Shown piece by piece: positions 54,101 to 64,000 of a stretch of 64,000 nt of DNA; positions within the stretch are counted from its first letter, which is position 1; each line of letters begins with the position of its first letter. The stretch covers positions 17,611-81,610 of the forward strand of contig NIVC01003704.1 in the NCBI GenBank assembly GCA_002269645.1. Direction: 5' to 3'. Origin of the DNA: Macrostomum lignano (Eukaryota). Position numbers and translations under genes: made by a program. The notes under the pieces were generated by a model. The model ran no database searches. It had not been told where the DNA came from and saw nothing but the letters and a program-made list of their open reading frames with translations.

Positions 54101-55458
54101 GCGCTGGTCCGGGCTTTTTAGCGCTGTTTTCAGCATTCCGGCGCTGATTTGGCGATACTGGCGCCGATTTGGTGATCCTGGCGCCAAATTTGGCTTTCGG
54201 CGCCAATTTAAGCTTTCCGCGCCAATTTGAGCTTTCCAGCGCTGGTCCGGGCTTTTTAGCGCTGTTTTCAGCATTCCAGCGCTGATTTGGCGATACTGGC
54301 GCCGATTTGGTGATCCTGGCGCCAAATTTGACTTTTGGCGCCAATTTGAGCTTTCCGCGCCAATTTGAGCTTTCCAGCGCCGATTTGAGCTTTCCATCGC
54401 TGGTCCGGGCTTTTTAGCGCTGTTTTCAGCATTCCGGCGCTGATTTGGCGATACTGGCGCCGATTTGGTGATCCTGGCGCCAAATTTGACTTTCAGCGCC
54501 AATTTGAGCTTTCCGCGCCAATTTGAGCTTTCCAGCGCCGATTTGAGCTTTCCAGCGCTGGTCCGGGCTTTTTAGCGCTGATTTCAGCATTCCGGCGCTG
54601 ATTTGGCGATACTGGCGCCGATTTGGTGATCCTGGCGCCAAATTTGACTTTCGGCGCCAATTTGAGCTTTCCGCGCCAATTTGAGCTTTCCAGCGCCGAT
54701 TTGAGCTTTCCAGCGCTGGTCCGGGCTTTTTAGCGCTGTTTTCAGCATTCCGGCGCTGATTTGGCGATACTGGCGCCGATTTGGTGATCCTGGCGCCAAA
54801 TTTGGCTTTCGGCGCCAATTTAAGCTTTCCGCGCCAATTTGAGCTTTCCAGCGCTGGTCCGGGCTTTTTAGCGCTGTTTTCAGCATTCCGGCGCTGATTT
54901 GGCGATACTGGCGCCGATTTGGTGATCCTGGCGCCAAATTTGGCTTTCGGCGCCAATTTAAGCTTTCCGCGCCAATTTGAGCTTTCCAGCGCTGGTCCGG
55001 GCTTTTTAGCGCTGTTTTCAGCATTCCGGCGCTGATTTGGCGATACTGGCGCCAAATTTGGTGATCCTGGCGCCAAATTTGACTTTCGGCGCCAATTTGA
55101 GCTTTCCCGCGCCAATTTGAGCTTTCCAGCGCCGATTTGAGCTTTCCAGCGCTGGTCCGGGCTTTTTAGCGCTGATTTCAGCATTCCAGCGCTGATTTGG
55201 CGATACTGGCGCCGATTTGGTGATCCTGGCGCCAAATTTGACTTTTGGCGCCAATTTGAGCTTTCCGCGCCAATTTGAGCTTTCCAGCGCCGATTTGAGC
55301 TTTCCATCGCTGGTCCGGGCTTTTTAGCGCTGATTTCAGCATTCCGGCGCTGATTTGGCGATACTGGCGCCGATTTGGTGATCCTGGCGCCAAATTTGAC
55401 TTTCGGCGCCAATTTGAGCTTTCCGCGCCAATTTGAGCTTTCCAGCGCCGATTTGAGA
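48149..55458. repeat. GC-rich satellite, 158-bp and 138-bp monomers built from 18-21-bp GCGC-core subrepeats, about 7.3 kb
   Basis: Unit cagcattccggcgctgattt-ggcgatactggcgccgattt-ggtgatcctggcgccaaattt-gactttcggcgccaattt-gagctttccgcgccaattt-(gagctttccagcgccgattt)-gagctttccagcgctggtcc-gggctttttagcgctgtttt. Confidence 0.97.
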
Positions 55459-58138
55459 TATCTCATAGTATTTTTTTATTCTATTTTGTATTTTCATGCA
55501 CATTAATCATAGTTTTCGTAGCAATGATTTTCATTTTTATCCATTTGGGATTAAAATATCAAAAGTGTCGTTTTTGGACAAATGTTCTAATCGTTTATAA
55601 AACAAGTCTACTATTAGTATACTCTTGAGCCCCATTCATTGGCAATGGAAATTAATACATCAAAAAGTGACTAAAGTACTTACTACAGCAGCGATAGCTT
55701 TAAAATGATAGTAAGCAACTTCAAATGCTGATTTGGGGATTCTGTCGCGAAATTTGCATGGCTTCCGCGGCGGGTTTATCGTTAAAGATCGTTTGAAGTT
55801 TCGTAGAAAAAAATATTAACACTCTTTCAAATACTATATTATTGCCGAATTAGCCGCTCATATCTAGTTTATCTATTGAATTATTATTAATAATAAATAC
55901 ACTGACATATACTGGCCAAACAGGCTTCTTGCCTGAGCCAAGCTTACTTACTTACTATTAGATATACTTGCATACATACAGACACTTCATTTTTAGTTTC
56001 GTGGATAATTATACAGTTACTTGCTTCTGCTTACTTCAATTTTTGGACTCATGTCTGGAAAGCCCTTTTGGAAAATTTAGTATCTAGCCAAGTTGCAGGT
56101 GGGTTTAAATTGTTCGAGCATATATTTATTGCCTTTTTAACTTAAAATATTGAGTTTGCAAATAGTGGATCTTGATCTTTATTTAATCTTCATGTTAAAA
56201 CTTGGCTTATAGTTATAGGGCAAATAAGACACAGCTCTCACAGACATACCTTAAGACCAATTGTGACCAATTATAATAAGGAAATGAGCATCATATTATC
56301 TATTTAGACATTTTAATAAACTGTGGCCATCTTGGTGTGTGGCCATCTTGGTCATGCACCCCCTGGCCAAGACTTATCACTAATATTAACAAGATGAATA
56401 AGTGGCCCAAAACTATTGCAAGTCAACCAAGGCAATTTTAACTATAAGCTTATGGTTAAAATTGCAAGGCTAAATTGCAATTGCAAGCCTTGCAAGGCTA
56501 TACACTATAGTCTATAGGCTATATCTATATTCTTCCATGATATTCATGATTAATTTTTTTCACTTTTTTGTCCTTTTTGAATGCTTTGCCCTGCAGCCCT
56601 TAGAGAACATGCTATACAAAAATAGTATAGGCCTAGTATAGATATTTAGTATATTTGATTCAATAGAATAAGTGGATAAATGCAGGGTGCCTACACCTTC
56701 CTTTATCTCCTTTATCTCCTGGCTTTATTTGGAAGATTTTTGAGACTTTCTCCTTTATTTTAGCCACTTTAGCTCCTAGGATTTTTAGCACTTGTATTTA
56801 ATGTATTGTTAGTGGTAACAGTCCATTTTGGTAACAAGGGAGGAGATATAACAATATGTATCTTAATGTGCTCTAAAAAATAATTTCAAATAGTTTTTGA
56901 GACAAAAAATAATGTTTTAGGCCTAGACAATGATTTAGCCAACAATGATAAAATTGTTTTAATGTGTTTTGATCAATCTATTTAAATTTCCAGGTGCGCT
57001 TGATACTCAAGATATGTTATGATACAACCTATAAAACTTGTAATTACCAAAGTATTGTGTAATTAGAATTACTTTGAGTTAGAAATGTGAAATTTCAGTA
57101 TTTACTTTAATTTATTTGTCATTAATTACTTTCATTGATCTCTCTAAGTCTCCGCTGTTATATATTCTATCTGTTCAAGTTGAAACAAATTACATGTATA
57201 ATATATCCTAATCAGAAAAAATTGAATGGTAATCAGCAATAAAGTACTAAACAAGTTAATGATTAATTTAATTAATAGTTACTAAAAAATTAACATAAAG
57301 AAAAAGTGCTAAAAGTCATAAATCTGCTTTACCGAAGTGGCTGTTACCAAAGTGGATTGTATTCTTGTTAGTTTAGGGTCCTTTTAAATAATCATTCATT
57401 TTTAAAAAGACTATTTCATTGACTTGTATTATTTTCTTAGGCAAAGGTTTATATATATGATTAGTTACTAATTAAACAAACTTTAAAGCATCAGCCCTAG
57501 GTTAGCCACAATATCAGATATGTGGCACTGTGGAGCTAAAAATGTATACATGTAGTTTTTCTCAAGACTGAAAAATTGGCTAGAAAGATGATGCAATCAA
57601 AGCAGTCAACAAGTAGGCCATAGAATGAAACAACTATGAGAGTACTATGTCCCTTAAGAGCACAACTGGGAGAGTATATGAGAGAGAGCCAGATAAAGGC
57701 TGAGGGGCAGATAAGAGTAGAAAGAAGAATGAATAGGCAATAAGAGAAAGGAAAGGTAAGAGAAAGGATTAAAGAATAGATAAAATATAAATATATAAAA
57801 ATATAATAATTAATACTGAATCTTTTTTCACATACATTGCACTCACACATTTTTATATGCTATAAAGTAGACAAATATATCAGAATAGTAATGCATACAT
57901 AATAAGCTTAAAGTTACTACGTATTGGTTTTGGTAGGTACAAAAGTAATTTATAACAATGATTTACATCAGTGTTTATTCATTATATCATACAAATCCAA
58001 AGTGTCATTTTTGGACAAATGTGTGTTCAGATATGTATGAATCTGTATGAATAAATACGTCTAATAGTATAATATTGAAGTCATACATACATACATACAT
58101 ACTCTTGAATTACAATTTGCATTAAAACATTTCAGGTC

Positions 58139-59474
58139 ATGTCTCGCCGCAGAACATTGTTTTCTAATACAGATTCTGATAGTGATGTCGAAGCTGTATT
58201 GCGGACAAGCCGTCGAGGACGTCCAAGAAAGCTCCAGAAATCTTCTGGTTTTGGTGCCACCCGTCGTCCTAGCTCAAGCTCTGCTTATGGTTCTCATCAG
58301 GATCAGTCGGTAGGGAATTATTTTTTTCCTGAAATGCCTGATAATGCAGCCGAAATGCCGCCTGAAAATTCTACTGAACCTTCAAATCCGCCTGAAGAAA
58401 CTGAGTGGGAGGATCATTCCATGTTTTCGGATCTTCACAGCAATGCGTATGAAAATTATTTCAACTTGGGTTCATGCATTCGTTGCAGTGATGCGCCTGG
58501 AATTTATCGGTGTGTCACTTGTAGGCTGGATTTCTGTGAAGACTGTAAAGAAATCACACATGGTGATTTTGCACCACACAAATTTGAACAGTGGAATTCT
58601 GAGACGCTTATGTTTGCAGATCCAGTGCACGTGCCCATGGTTGCTGCACTTTTCTGTTGTGTGGCAAGCAGAGAGGCTCGCGAATTGTCGGCTGCATCAA
58701 CTGTTGAGCTAATCGATTTGTCGGGAATCGTTCAAGCTCAGATGTTTACGTGTAGTTCATGTGACAAAGTGGATGCGCTTCTCTCAATGGGTTACTTCCC
58801 GTCTTATGATGCAACCGCAACCGCCACAGACTGCACAGCCTATTTCGCCATAAGTTTATTAACACTTCTCGACAATTTGACTACTGTAGGTCGACTACCG
58901 GCTCACAGGGCAATCAAAGCCCTGTTTTTAGGTGCTACTGTTGGCCAAGGAATCTGCAGAGATAAATTAGCATCAAGTTTGTATCAACGTCTGCAACGCC
59001 ACTGTGTTCTGCTAAAATTTAGACAATTACAGATCCGCTCAGCAAAATGGCCCAAGTCGTGTCTCTTGTGTCCCGATCAGCATAATGATCGCCAGACTGT
59101 TGTTTGTGCTGATGCGCTTTTCGGCTGGCAAAGATTTTCTTCAATGGGATTCAGGCAAGCTCTAACTCCGTCAGATGGTCGTCCGCTTCCTGTTCCATTA
59201 GTGAATGTAGATGTCAAAGCAGACGCGCCAAAAAATCGCTTAGAAGAACAAAACTGTCCAAGTTGGAAAGCTGGGGCGCTCGAGCCACCATCCCGAGGTG
59301 CTGGTAGACATGATGTGTATGGCTTTTTTGGACTTTTTTGCCGGCACAATCGTCTATTGAATGGTTGTAACATTACTACGACAGGAGAGCGGTTCTGCTA
59401 CATAGAACAGTGCCTTGAGCATTTTCTAAGAGACACGTCTGTATCGAAGAAATTGCTTCTTATCTATGACGTTG
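58139..59474 (+). CDS. KDZ (Kyakuja-Dileera-Zisupton) transposase, exon 1: Cys-cluster (CxC-type) domain and N-terminal catalytic region
   Basis: C..C...YRC.TC....CEDC....H....H..EQW, then C..C....L...GYFPS....YFA..LL (CxC-like). Also CADALFG, C..WKA, D..GFFG.FCRH, GERF.Y and YDV. Donor G|GTAAGT at 59475. Confidence 0.85.
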
Positions 59475-59559
59475 GTAAGTGCATCTTTTGCATACTATGT
59501 CCGTATAATTTAGCGGGATCAAAATAAAGTACATACATTTTTCTCACATCTCACTGCAG

Positions 59560-60650
59560 GCTGCCGCGTTTCAGCTCGCGTACAATCCGCAGTTACTAAA
59601 TCTGGTGCTAACGTACAGGCCTCTTCATGTGCCATCAATGCATTCCACGCACTTGGCCACAAACCAAGCTGCCAAAGAAGGTTCTCTGTGCGTGTCACTC
59701 CTGGAGCGGGCTTGTGTGATGGCGAGAACACAGAGAGAGCTTGGGCACAACTTCGCCCATATGGGCATTCACTAAAGTACATGCGACCTGATCGTAGGAG
59801 CACCTGTATGTCTCAAATTCTGTTTCATTTCAATGCGAATCAATTGTTTAACACACCCCAGTGGTTCCAGCAACGTCTCAGACTTTTGGACAGTACGATA
59901 AAAAACATGTCTTCGGAAATGAACTCACTTCTTGATGATGCACGAATACAGCAAGCTTCCGGAATTTTAGACGGAAGCTTAGTACTTTCGGAGGTTCAAA
60001 TTCGGAATCTCGGCCGTCAGTGGCATCAGAACTCTCTTATAGGCGCAGTAGAAAACTCTGAAAACGACCTTCTATCTAATATTCGTTCGCTTGCAGTTCT
60101 CAGAGAACATTGGCTGCGACAGTCTGGACTAAATATGGGCCAAGGTCATAACAGAGCTTGCTTGCGCCGTGTACAAGGTTTGACTTCAGAAATGAAAGCT
60201 GATATTAATCGTCTGCCGGAAGAGACCCGGGGTTCTTTTGATCAGTATCGGAAGCCAAATAGTTCAAAGTACGATGGTTTATCTGAATCAGCTACTTCTG
60301 TCCGTTTCCGTCGGCGTGCAATCGATCTCTATCATAAGTACGACAGAGTGAATGAGGAACTGCATATCGTATCTGAGGAATGGTATGACTTTATTGTAAA
60401 AATGGACATGGTTTGCAAGAGTCTAGATAATCAGGCTGGTTTGGCGGCTCAGTTTCGAAAACTATTTCGATCAATTTTAGAAAGAGTTGTAAATCTTGAC
60501 GTTCCAGCAAGGGCAGAATATTTTCGACTCATTTTGGGCGGCGCAGAACAAAGCATTGAAAATGTTCCTCCTATTAGCAACGACTCGCCAACTGAGTCGG
60601 CGACTGAGTCTTCAGCGTCTGAATCGGATGATTCAGAAGATACTTTTTGA
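59560..60650 (+). CDS. KDZ transposase, exon 2
   Basis: 85-nt GT-AG intron 59475-59559. Splicing restores YDVGC, followed by NAFHALGH..SCQ..F and PGAGLCDGENTERAWAQL (KDZ signature G.G..DGE..ER.W). Spliced CDS is 2427 nt (808 aa) with no stops. Confidence 0.85.
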
Positions 60651-61180
60651 GCAAGTTTAAATTTTTTAGTTAGCTGAACACTTCAATTACACAGTGATTT
60701 ATTGTGTCGGCTGTTTCCAAAGCACTTGCAATAAAATTATTCAAAAATTGCTGTGCCAATAGATGTCATTTTTAACCTCACTTGCACACAATAGCTCAAG
60801 TGTGCTGTGAATTCGCTGCTCAGCTGTATCATTCCTGGGTCCATGTGCTCTGCTTACACGTAGCGGACCTGTTAACGTTAATTAATTCAGTTTAATGCAG
60901 TGATGAACTGTCACTCAGTTTATAAACTGGCGCTAAATTGTTTTGATTAACGGAGCCAAAGAGCACTTATTTATTTCGTTACCTTTTATACTACACTTCA
61001 TTGCATGAAAATTAAACTGCCGTTAAGTTGACATTTTCGCCCGTTATGGTGTTATTAAACGATATGTTGGTTGCTTTTTCTCATTTTTAAGTCGTCAATA
61101 TTAGTTAGGACTCAGTTTTCGATCCCGATTGCCATTCTCAAATCCATAGAATCGACTCAAGACCCTAGCTGTAGTCCTAA
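60604..61180 (+). repeat. Direct repeat copy 1 (last 47 nt of the transposase CDS plus downstream region)
   Basis: No difference seen by eye from 62437-62989 over about 553 nt (offset 1833). A short diverged tail follows. Contains AATAAA near 60730. Confidence 0.95.
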
Positions 61181-61372
61181 GTTTTTAGTATCACAAAGAT
61201 TTAGTACTCAATCAATCTGTCTTTCATGTCGACATGTGTCCACCTTTTTACAGATTTCTTATTGAAATCCGAAAGTGATTGTGTTATCTGAAACGAGTCG
61301 GCAAAAATCAATTAATTTACTCTTTTTTGTGGTAATAATCTATCAATCTTTGGCTACGATCACAAATCTACC

Positions 61373-61776
61373 ATGACGACTGAAAAGTACGAGTGCCCTC
61401 TGTGTCTTCCTGGTTTAAGTACCTATAGTGCTCGAGCTGATCGACTTCTTTTGCATGCAACTAAAAAGCATGCTTTAGACGCTAAAAGAGCAAGTTGCAT
61501 AATTCAATATCTTCGTTGGTCCAGAAAGTCAGATGTAAAATTATGCGCGCTATGTGATCAGTTTGCTGTAAATTTGCGAGATCACTACGCTAAATGTCAT
61601 GCGGGCGATTACAGGCGTCTTAACTCCTTATTAACTGGACAACCAGCTATCAGGTTGGCGAGAAAACGTGCTCTGCGGCGATTCGGAGAACTGTACTGGT
61701 GTTTTATTGCCGACCAGCCTTTGCCACGGTATCCGGATTCAAGTTACGAGAACGAAAAACAGGGATTGCACGAGAG
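61373..61776 (+). CDS. Zinc-finger/SET protein, exon 1: two C2H2-like fingers
   Basis: ATG 61373. CPLC-x16-H-x4-H and CALC-x9-H-x4-H. Donor AG|GTGAGT at 61777, phase 2. Confidence 0.75.
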
Positions 61777-61872
61777 GTGAGTAATGTTATTGCCTATCCT
61801 GCTTTTCAAGATTTGATCAGACATGTAAACGGTTGTATAAACCTAAAAATATCTTTGTATATCCTCCCACAG

Positions 61873-62371
61873 AGAACAAGAGTCGCGGGCTGGTAAACAG
61901 TCTTGTCTCCGAATCTATACAAAAGCCTCAAAACTTCTTCCGGCAAAAGTTACAGTTCAGTTAGCGGGTGAGAAGGGTTATGGACTGTTTTCTGATGAGA
62001 ATATCAAGGCGAAGTCATTCGTCTGTTTCTATGGTGGAGCAGTTTTATCCAAAAAAGAAGGGGCGGCTAGGGAAGAAAAGCGATCTCGCGAAGGAGATTC
62101 GCCCGCATTCGCCTTTTTTCTATTTTTATGGTTCAAAATCATTATGCGAAGACGCTACCCTCACTGATTCTGTAGGTCGCTATATTAATCATAGTCGACT
62201 GAACCCAAACTTGGTTCTAGTGTCATATCACCTTGCAAAGACATTGGACGCCACACAAGCCGAATAGGATTTTTTGCATTACATAATATTCCCAAGGGAA
62301 TTGAGTTGCTTTATGATTATGGTGAACGAGATGAAGAGTGTTTGCAAAAGTTTCCGTGGCTAAACTCTTAA
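61873..62371 (+). CDS. PR-Set7/SETD8-like SET-domain lysine methyltransferase, exon 2; reading frame changes by -1 between about 62204 and 62264
   Basis: CACAG acceptor at 61872, phase 2 matches. First frame: GEKGYGLF...FVCFYGG...KSLCEDAT...GRYINHSRLNPNL, then TAG at 62265. The -1 frame: RIGFFALHNIPKGIELLYDYGERDEECLQKFPWLNS*. Both halves align by eye to SETD8 (GRLINHS; EELLYDYGDR...HPWL). Confidence 0.85.
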
Positions 62372-62436
62372 TTTTTTCGCATGTCGTTCGCACTGTCTAC
62401 ATTCCTAGGTTACTGTCCTTCGCACATCTGCTTTAC

Positions 62437-63027
62437 CTGAGTCTTCAGCGTCTGAATCGGATGATTCAGAAGATACTTTTTGAGCAAGTTTAAATTTTTT
62501 AGTTAGCTGAACACTTCAATTACACAGTGATTTATTGTGTCGGCTGTTTCCAAAGCACTTGCAATAAAATTATTCAAAAATTGCTGTGCCAATAGATGTC
62601 ATTTTTAACCTCACTTGCACACAATAGCTCAAGTGTGCTGTGAATTCGCTGCTCAGCTGTATCATTCCTGGGTCCATGTGCTCTGCTTACACGTAGCGGA
62701 CCTGTTAACGTTAATTAATTCAGTTTAATGCAGTGATGAACTGTCACTCAGTTTATAAACTGGCGCTAAATTGTTTTGATTAACGGAGCCAAAGAGCACT
62801 TATTTATTTCGTTACCTTTTATACTACACTTCATTGCATGAAAATTAAACTGCCGTTAAGTTGACATTTTCGCCCGTTATGGTGTTATTAAACGATATGT
62901 TGGTTGCTTTTTCTCATTTTTAAGTCGTCAATATTAGTTAGGACTCAGTTTTCGATCCCGATTGCCATTCTCAAATCCATAGAATCGACACCTTAGAATC
63001 GACTTAAGACCCTAGCTGTAGGCCTAA
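62437..63027 (+). repeat. Direct repeat copy 2
   Basis: Starts ctgagtcttcagcgtctg like 60604. Has a 14-nt duplication-type insertion near 62990, then diverges after gaccctagctgtag. Confidence 0.95.
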
Positions 63028-63507
63028 ACTTTGCGCTATCTATAAGAAGTCAGCATCGAATACTTGATCAGTCTTGATGTCATACTTGATACGGACCCCT
63101 CAGCCAGGAGTGCTGTTATCTTTTCTCCAGGCCATTCAGTCATACTAATCTCTTTTTGTATAATGGTACCCTATGGTTATTTAGTTATACTTACTAATAT
63201 TATACAGTGCAACCCTGTCCCCATAATTCAATCAGCTTTAACTAGATGTAACTTTTGCTACTGACTTTCTTCAGTTACTAAAAAAAAAAATGCTATACTT
63301 ATTTCAGCTAGCCACTCGACGCATTGAAATTAAGTCTTCTAAAACACCAATCCAATTATTCAACACTGTTTTAGCCATGCCTAATAACACGCAAAAATCT
63401 GTTGCTTTTTGTGCTCATGACTGGTAGAACGTACCAATTGTGGCGACATCGGGAAAAGTTTCACCCTACCACAACTGATGAGCAGATTCAGGCCATGATT
63501 GATCTGT

Positions 63508-63939
63508 CTAAAGCCAATTCGAAGGCCAAGTCTGTGGCTCTCTGCCCTCTCTGCAGGATATGATTTCTTGCCCTAGAATGCACTTTCGAAACAACCATGC
63601 TTCCGAATTTTCAAACTCCAAGTCGTAGAAAAGACCTGGCAGGTCGGGCTGGCTACTAAGCGAATGAGAAAACAAGCTTCCGTACGTCTGGCAGAGCTTC
63701 GCGACTTGGCAGTTGTAAAAGAAGTGCCATCCACTATGCTCCATTCGATCAAGTAGTCCTGGACATTCAACATCTGGTTTATAAATTACGAAATAAGCGA
63801 GACAGACAAGCGTTGCTCCACTCCGTGCAGCTTCACAACGTGTTGCAGCCTCAACTTCTACTGCGGCATCTAGTCCTAAGCAATCTGATCGGCATTGCAA
63901 CATTTTCTGGGTGCAACTGTGGTGCACCAAGACTGCCTT
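63508..63939 (-). CDS. Possible exon of an unidentified gene running off the window end
   Basis: About 140 open codons of non-repetitive, globular-looking sequence with a possible AAG acceptor near 63937. No family recognised. Confidence 0.3.
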   Translation of the reverse strand, partial: KAVLVHHSCTQKMLQCRSDCLGLDAAVEVEAATRCEAARSGATLVCLAYFVIYKPDVECPGLLDRMEHSGWHFFYNCQVAKLCQTYGSLFSHSLSSQPDLPGLFYDLEFENSEAWLFRKCILGQEIISCREGREPQTWPSNWL

Positions 63940-64000
63940 GTGCTACATCAACAAAAGAATTGCCAATTGTATTCCTAGATGCTCACTAGGAATTTAAAAA

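Larger units (their letters stand above)
58139..63027 (+). mobile_element. KDZ-superfamily DNA transposon (or derivative) with ZnF-SET passenger gene; termini not located
   Basis: Intact KDZ transposase, adjacent co-oriented intron-poor gene, AT-rich context distinct from host genes. No TIR or TSD found in the window. Confidence 0.7.

Noticed and set aside
56692-56830. cagggtgcctacac as a possible hAT/MITE left end
   Set aside because: No matching inverted right end or TSD found.
60604-63027. Direct repeats as LTRs of a retroelement
   Set aside because: No TG...CA ends, PBS, PPT or TSD, and the repeat starts inside the transposase CDS.

Overview
Eukaryotic (animal) genomic DNA with spliced genes, GC-rich Ala/Gln-rich exons and introns packed with tandem repeats. 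The style suggests a free-living flatworm such as Macrostomum (inference only). Contents: (1) a 4-exon RGK-family (Rem/Rad/Gem/Kir) small GTPase gene on + (about 11107-24102), whose last exon has a 1-nt frame break; (2) a convergent, probably 6-exon gene on - (39145-27719) encoding a low-complexity protein with SILK+RVxF PP1-docking motifs, a FAM217-like domain and a duplicated Cys cluster, with one exon junction unresolved; (3) about 30 micro/minisatellite arrays, a MITE, a possible non-autonomous Helitron and a 7.3-kb GC-rich 158/138-bp satellite; (4) an intact 2-exon KDZ (Kyakuja-Dileera-Zisupton) transposase gene (58139-60650), followed by a C2H2-zinc-finger + PR-Set7/SETD8-like SET-domain gene (61373-62371) enclosed by ~575-bp direct repeats. 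The SET domain is split between frames just after an in-phase C-CCA-AAC slippery heptamer and a foldable stem/pseudoknot. This transposase plus histone-methyltransferase module is the most notable system in the window. All gene models were assembled by hand from splice signals and remembered family motifs; no database searches were run.
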